NCBI GenBank assembly: GCA_963734535.1
Contig: CAVTHS010000006.1
Location: 192,001-256,000 of the forward strand
Direction of reading: 5' to 3'
DNA length: 64,000 nt
DNA from: an uncultured Chloroflexia bacterium
Lineage (GTDB): Bacteria > Chloroflexota > Limnocylindria > Limnocylindrales > CSP1-4
The notes beneath the pieces are model-generated. The model saw nothing but the letters and a program-made list of their open reading frames with translations. It did no database searches and was not told the origin of the DNA. Below, piece by piece: positions 60,876 through 64,000 of this stretch. Positions within the stretch are counted from its first letter, which is position 1. Each line of letters opens with the position of its first letter. A program made the position numbers and the translations under genes.

Positions 60876-62508
60876 TTACTCCTGCGGGAGGCGGGCGAGC
60901 CGCTCGCCGGGCATCGCGCGCGGCAGCGCCACGCGCTCGCCGTTCACGCGGCCCGCGTCGCGTGCCCAGGGCGGGCGCTCCACCGGGGCCTCTGGGCGGG
61001 CGGCACTCCCATGCCGTGGGTCGACACGAACGTCATGGCGCGAGTCGACCCGGGGGTCGTGGCGCGGATCGTGCCGGCCCAGCGACGGCCGCGCGGGCGC
61101 CGGGCGACCCGCGGCCACTGGGCGCGCGGGCATCGGGCGTCCGATCGACATCCGTGCGGGCGCCGGGGCCGGCGAGCGCCCGCCGACGACGGGTGCGCGT
61201 CCGCCCGCGACGGGCCGACCCTGCGCAGGACGCGCGGGTGCCCCTCGCCCGGCAGGCCGGCGCGGTGCCGAACCCGCCGTGGCCAGGCTCGCCCGACCGC
61301 AGGCGGATCGGCTCCGGTCGGATCGTGAGGTCCGGCGTGAAGCCGGGCACCTCCTGCGTCTCGACCCGCCGGCCGAGCATGCCCTCGATGTCGCGCAGCA
61401 GCTTCGCTTCGTCGACGCAGACCAGCGAGAGCGCGATCCCGTCGACCCCGGCGCGGCCCGTCCGGCCGATCCGGTGGACGTAGTCCTCCGGCACCATCGG
61501 GAGCTCGTAGTTGACGACGTGCGGGAGCGCCTCGATGTCGAGCCCGCGCGCCGCGATGTCCGTCGCGACCAGGATGTCGACCCGGCCGGCCTTGAAGTCG
61601 TTGAGGGCGCGAACGCGCTGCGGCTGGCTCTTGTTGCCGTGGATCGCGGCAGCCGCGATCCCATCGCGGACCAGCTGTTCCGAGAGCCGGCTGGCTCCGT
61701 GCTTGGTGCGCGTGAACACGAGGGCCTGGCGGATGGCGCCGGTCCGGATGAGCCGGCTCAGCAGCTCGCGCTTTCGCTCGCGGTCCACCGGGTGGACGAC
61801 CTGGCGGACCAGCTCGGCAGGCGTGTTGCGTCGCGCGACCTCGACGGAGGCCGGTCGGTCGAGGAAGCCGTCGGCCAGGCGCCGGATCTCGTCGGAGAAG
61901 GTGGCCGAGAAGAGGAGGTTCTGGCGCTTCGCGGGGAGCAGGGCGAGGATCCTGCGGATGTCGCGGATGAAGCCCATGTCCAGCATCCGGTCCGCCTCGT
62001 CGAGGACCAGGATCTCGACCCGCGAGAGGTCGATGGTCCGCTGGCCGACGTGGTCGAGGAGCCGCCCCGGCGTCGCGACGACGATCTCGGGACCGGCGCG
62101 CAGGGCCCGGACCTGGGGGTCGAAGCCGACGCCGCCGTAGATCGTGGTGGAGCGGAACCGATGGCGGGCGCCATAGGTACGGACGCTCTCCTCGACCTGG
62201 AGCGCGAGCTCGCGGGTCGGCACCACGACAAGGACACGGATGGGACCGCGACGATCCGTGACGGGAGCCCGCCGGTCCGTGGTGGGAGCCTGTCGGTCGC
62301 CCGCAGGGGATGCCATCCCGAGCAGCTGGATGATCGGGAGGACGAACGCGGCCGTCTTGCCGGTCCCGGTCTGGGCGCCCGCGAGCACGTCGCGCCCGGC
62401 AAGGACGAGGGGGATCGCGGCCGCCTGGACGGGCGTGGGCTCGGTGTAGCCCTGGTCCGCGACCGCGCGGAGGAGCTCGGGCGACAGCCCGAGTTGATCG
62501 AATGACAT
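60876..62508 (-). CDS. rhlE: DEAD-box RNA helicase (RhlE-like) with long basic tail; indel near 61300
   Basis: [38 protein letters not shown]; tail ...[12 protein letters not shown] in ORF 60876..61664. Confidence 0.92.
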
Positions 62509-62730
62509 GGAATGACGCTCCTGGCGAGGCCCTCCCGCGCGATGGCGGGGCCCGGTCAGGGCGCTGGATGGATCGGGATCGCGGCTGGGAAACCGTGGCG
62601 CTGACCGGAGCGCCTATCGAACACGTACGCCGCGAGCATACCCGGAATCGCCGGATGGCCCCTCTCGCGCGGCCGGAGGCCTCGATCCGCGCCGCATGGC
62701 CATTGACACGACAGCCGTCGAGAATCGCCC

Positions 62731-63624
62731 TCAGGCCAGCTCGGCGCCCGACGCGCGGGCGTCGGCGGCGAACGACGCGAGGGCGTCGTCCGAGATCACG
62801 GATTCGGGTAGGAGCGTCTGGACGCGGCTGACGCCCGCTTCGCGATACGCCGCCAGCACGTCCTGGCGGGCGTGCCCCGCCGGGACGAGCTGCTCGTGCC
62901 AGATGTGCACCGAGATCGGCAGCGTCGCCGGGTCACGCCCGATCTCCTCGCACCGGGAGCGGATCACGGGCAGTGCCTCCCGCACCTCGCGAGGCTCGAG
63001 TCCATCGAGGTTCAGCTCATCGGCGAAGCGGGCGGCCAGACGCCAGGTCACGTTCGGCCCGTTGCCGCCCACCATGACCGGGACGCGCGGCTGCTGGACC
63101 GGCTTCGGCACGTTGATCGCGTCGCGAACGAGCGCGTGCGTCCCCTCGAACGTGGCGTGGTTCGTCCGCCCCGGCGCCAGCATCCGCGTGATGACTTCCA
63201 GGTCGTCGGCGAGCCGGGCCAGGCGCTCCTTCGTCTCCGGGAACCCGTAGCCGTACGCCAGCCACTCGTCGCGCTTCCACCCGGCGCCGATGCCAAGCTC
63301 CATTCGGCCGCCGCTTATGGCATCCATCGTCGAGATCATCTTCGCGGTCAGGGCGGGGTTCCGGAACGCCGTGCAGACCACGATGTGGCCCAGGCGGACG
63401 CGCGACGTGAGCGCCGCGAGTGCCGCGAGGGAGGTGAACGACTCGAACGTGATCTCGTCCGTCGGCCGCGGGACGGTGTGGAAGTGGTCGAAGAGCCAGA
63501 CCGACTCGAAGCCGAGCGCCTCCGCCTGCCGGGCGACCTCCACGGTGCGGTGCCACGCAGTGAGCGTCTCCCATCCGTCGTACTCGCCGATCCACCCCTG
63601 CGGCGCGATGATCCCGACCTTCAT
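62731..63624 (-). CDS. LLM class, probably F420-dependent, oxidoreductase
   Basis: SVWLFDHFH, RLGHIV, RNPALTAK, SGGRMELGIGAGW, PKPVQQP, VGGNG. Confidence 0.92.
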   Translation of the reverse strand: MKVGIIAPQGWIGEYDGWETLTAWHRTVEVARQAEALGFESVWLFDHFHTVPRPTDEITFESFTSLAALAALTSRVRLGHIVVCTAFRNPALTAKMISTMDAISGGRMELGIGAGWKRDEWLAYGYGFPETKERLARLADDLEVITRMLAPGRTNHATFEGTHALVRDAINVPKPVQQPRVPVMVGGNGPNVTWRLAARFADELNLDGLEPREVREALPVIRSRCEEIGRDPATLPISVHIWHEQLVPAGHARQDVLAAYREAGVSRVQTLLPESVISDDALASFAADARASGAELA

Positions 63625-63833
63625 GGCTCCTCCAACCCTGAGGTGAACAGTCCGGTCACAGTATCGCGGCCCCTGGATCGAGGTCGGTCGCGCGCCGACG
63701 CGATTCGCGCGAGGTCACAACGCCCTGGAGGTCCGCCTCCAAAGCCGCCGCCGCGAGTCGCTATTCCTGACAGGAACTGGCATCAATGGCTGCGATGATC
63801 CGCTTCCAGAACGGTAGCCCGGGGGGACAGCGG

Positions 63834-64000
63834 ATGATCAGCCAGATAGCGCTCGCAGTGGTCCAGTGGGAGCGCGAGCGAGAGATCCAGGAAGCGATTC
63901 GTCGCAGGCGCCTGCTCGCGGGCGATGGTCCGGACCCGGACCTCGCAAGCGTGGCGATCGCCGCCCGATTGCGGCGCCGCGATCGACCCGCTCAGCCGGC
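63834..64000 (+). CDS. Small hypothetical protein (3' truncated by window)
   Basis: GGGGGA SD then MISQIALAVVQWEREREIQEAIRRRRLL... Confidence 0.4.
   Translation, partial: MISQIALAVVQWEREREIQEAIRRRRLLAGDGPDPDLASVAIAARLRRRDRPAQP

Noticed and set aside
1330-62508. Mass pseudogenisation or programmed frameshifting in about 20 genes
   Set aside because: Indels hit normally essential or housekeeping genes (tsaC, pfk, ppk2), fall in GC-rich runs and come without evident in-frame stops; most consistent with unpolished long-read errors
1-64000. tRNA, rRNA, IS elements, integrase, prophage
   Set aside because: No cloverleaf, rRNA, transposase, recombinase or phage structural motifs recognised by eye; tRNAscan-SE and ISEScan were not run

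Overview
High-GC (visibly >70%) bacterial chromosomal segment with about 58 protein-coding genes. I found no rRNA, tRNA, CRISPR array, transposase or integrase. Gene content and style suggest Chloroflexota (Limnocylindria-like) or possibly Actinomycetota, which is an inference from thyX, F420-type oxidoreductases, a cyclase-STAND protein, tandem DUF6812-like proteins and leaderless genes. About 20 conserved genes carry apparent 1-bp indels, best read as unpolished long-read errors, so those coordinates join two or more frames. Contents: a MazEF-like TA pair, an amine-catabolism unit (PuuB-like oxidase, class III aminotransferase, IclR), FadF-like Fe-S protein, MscS, Acs-like ligase, moaA, thyX, transporters, tsaC, ppk2, ybaK, msrA and a HipA-like kinase/DUF3037 pair. 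Best leads: (1) an Acs homolog whose catalytic Lys (Salmonella K609) is Ala; (2) two separate DEAD-box helicase -> phosphofructokinase gene pairs, one PPi-type and one ATP-type by motif; (3) an orphan coiled-coil scaffold + pseudo-receiver-MinD/CpaE ATPase operon; (4) a cyclase-STAND / cNMP-kinase / REC-TrxB(no CxxC) signalling neighbourhood; (5) a membrane-anchored dead GGDEF with intact RxxD I-site; (6) an unannotated 40-aa ORF and several structured or repeated intergenic elements. All calls come from motif recognition by eye, and no database searches were run.
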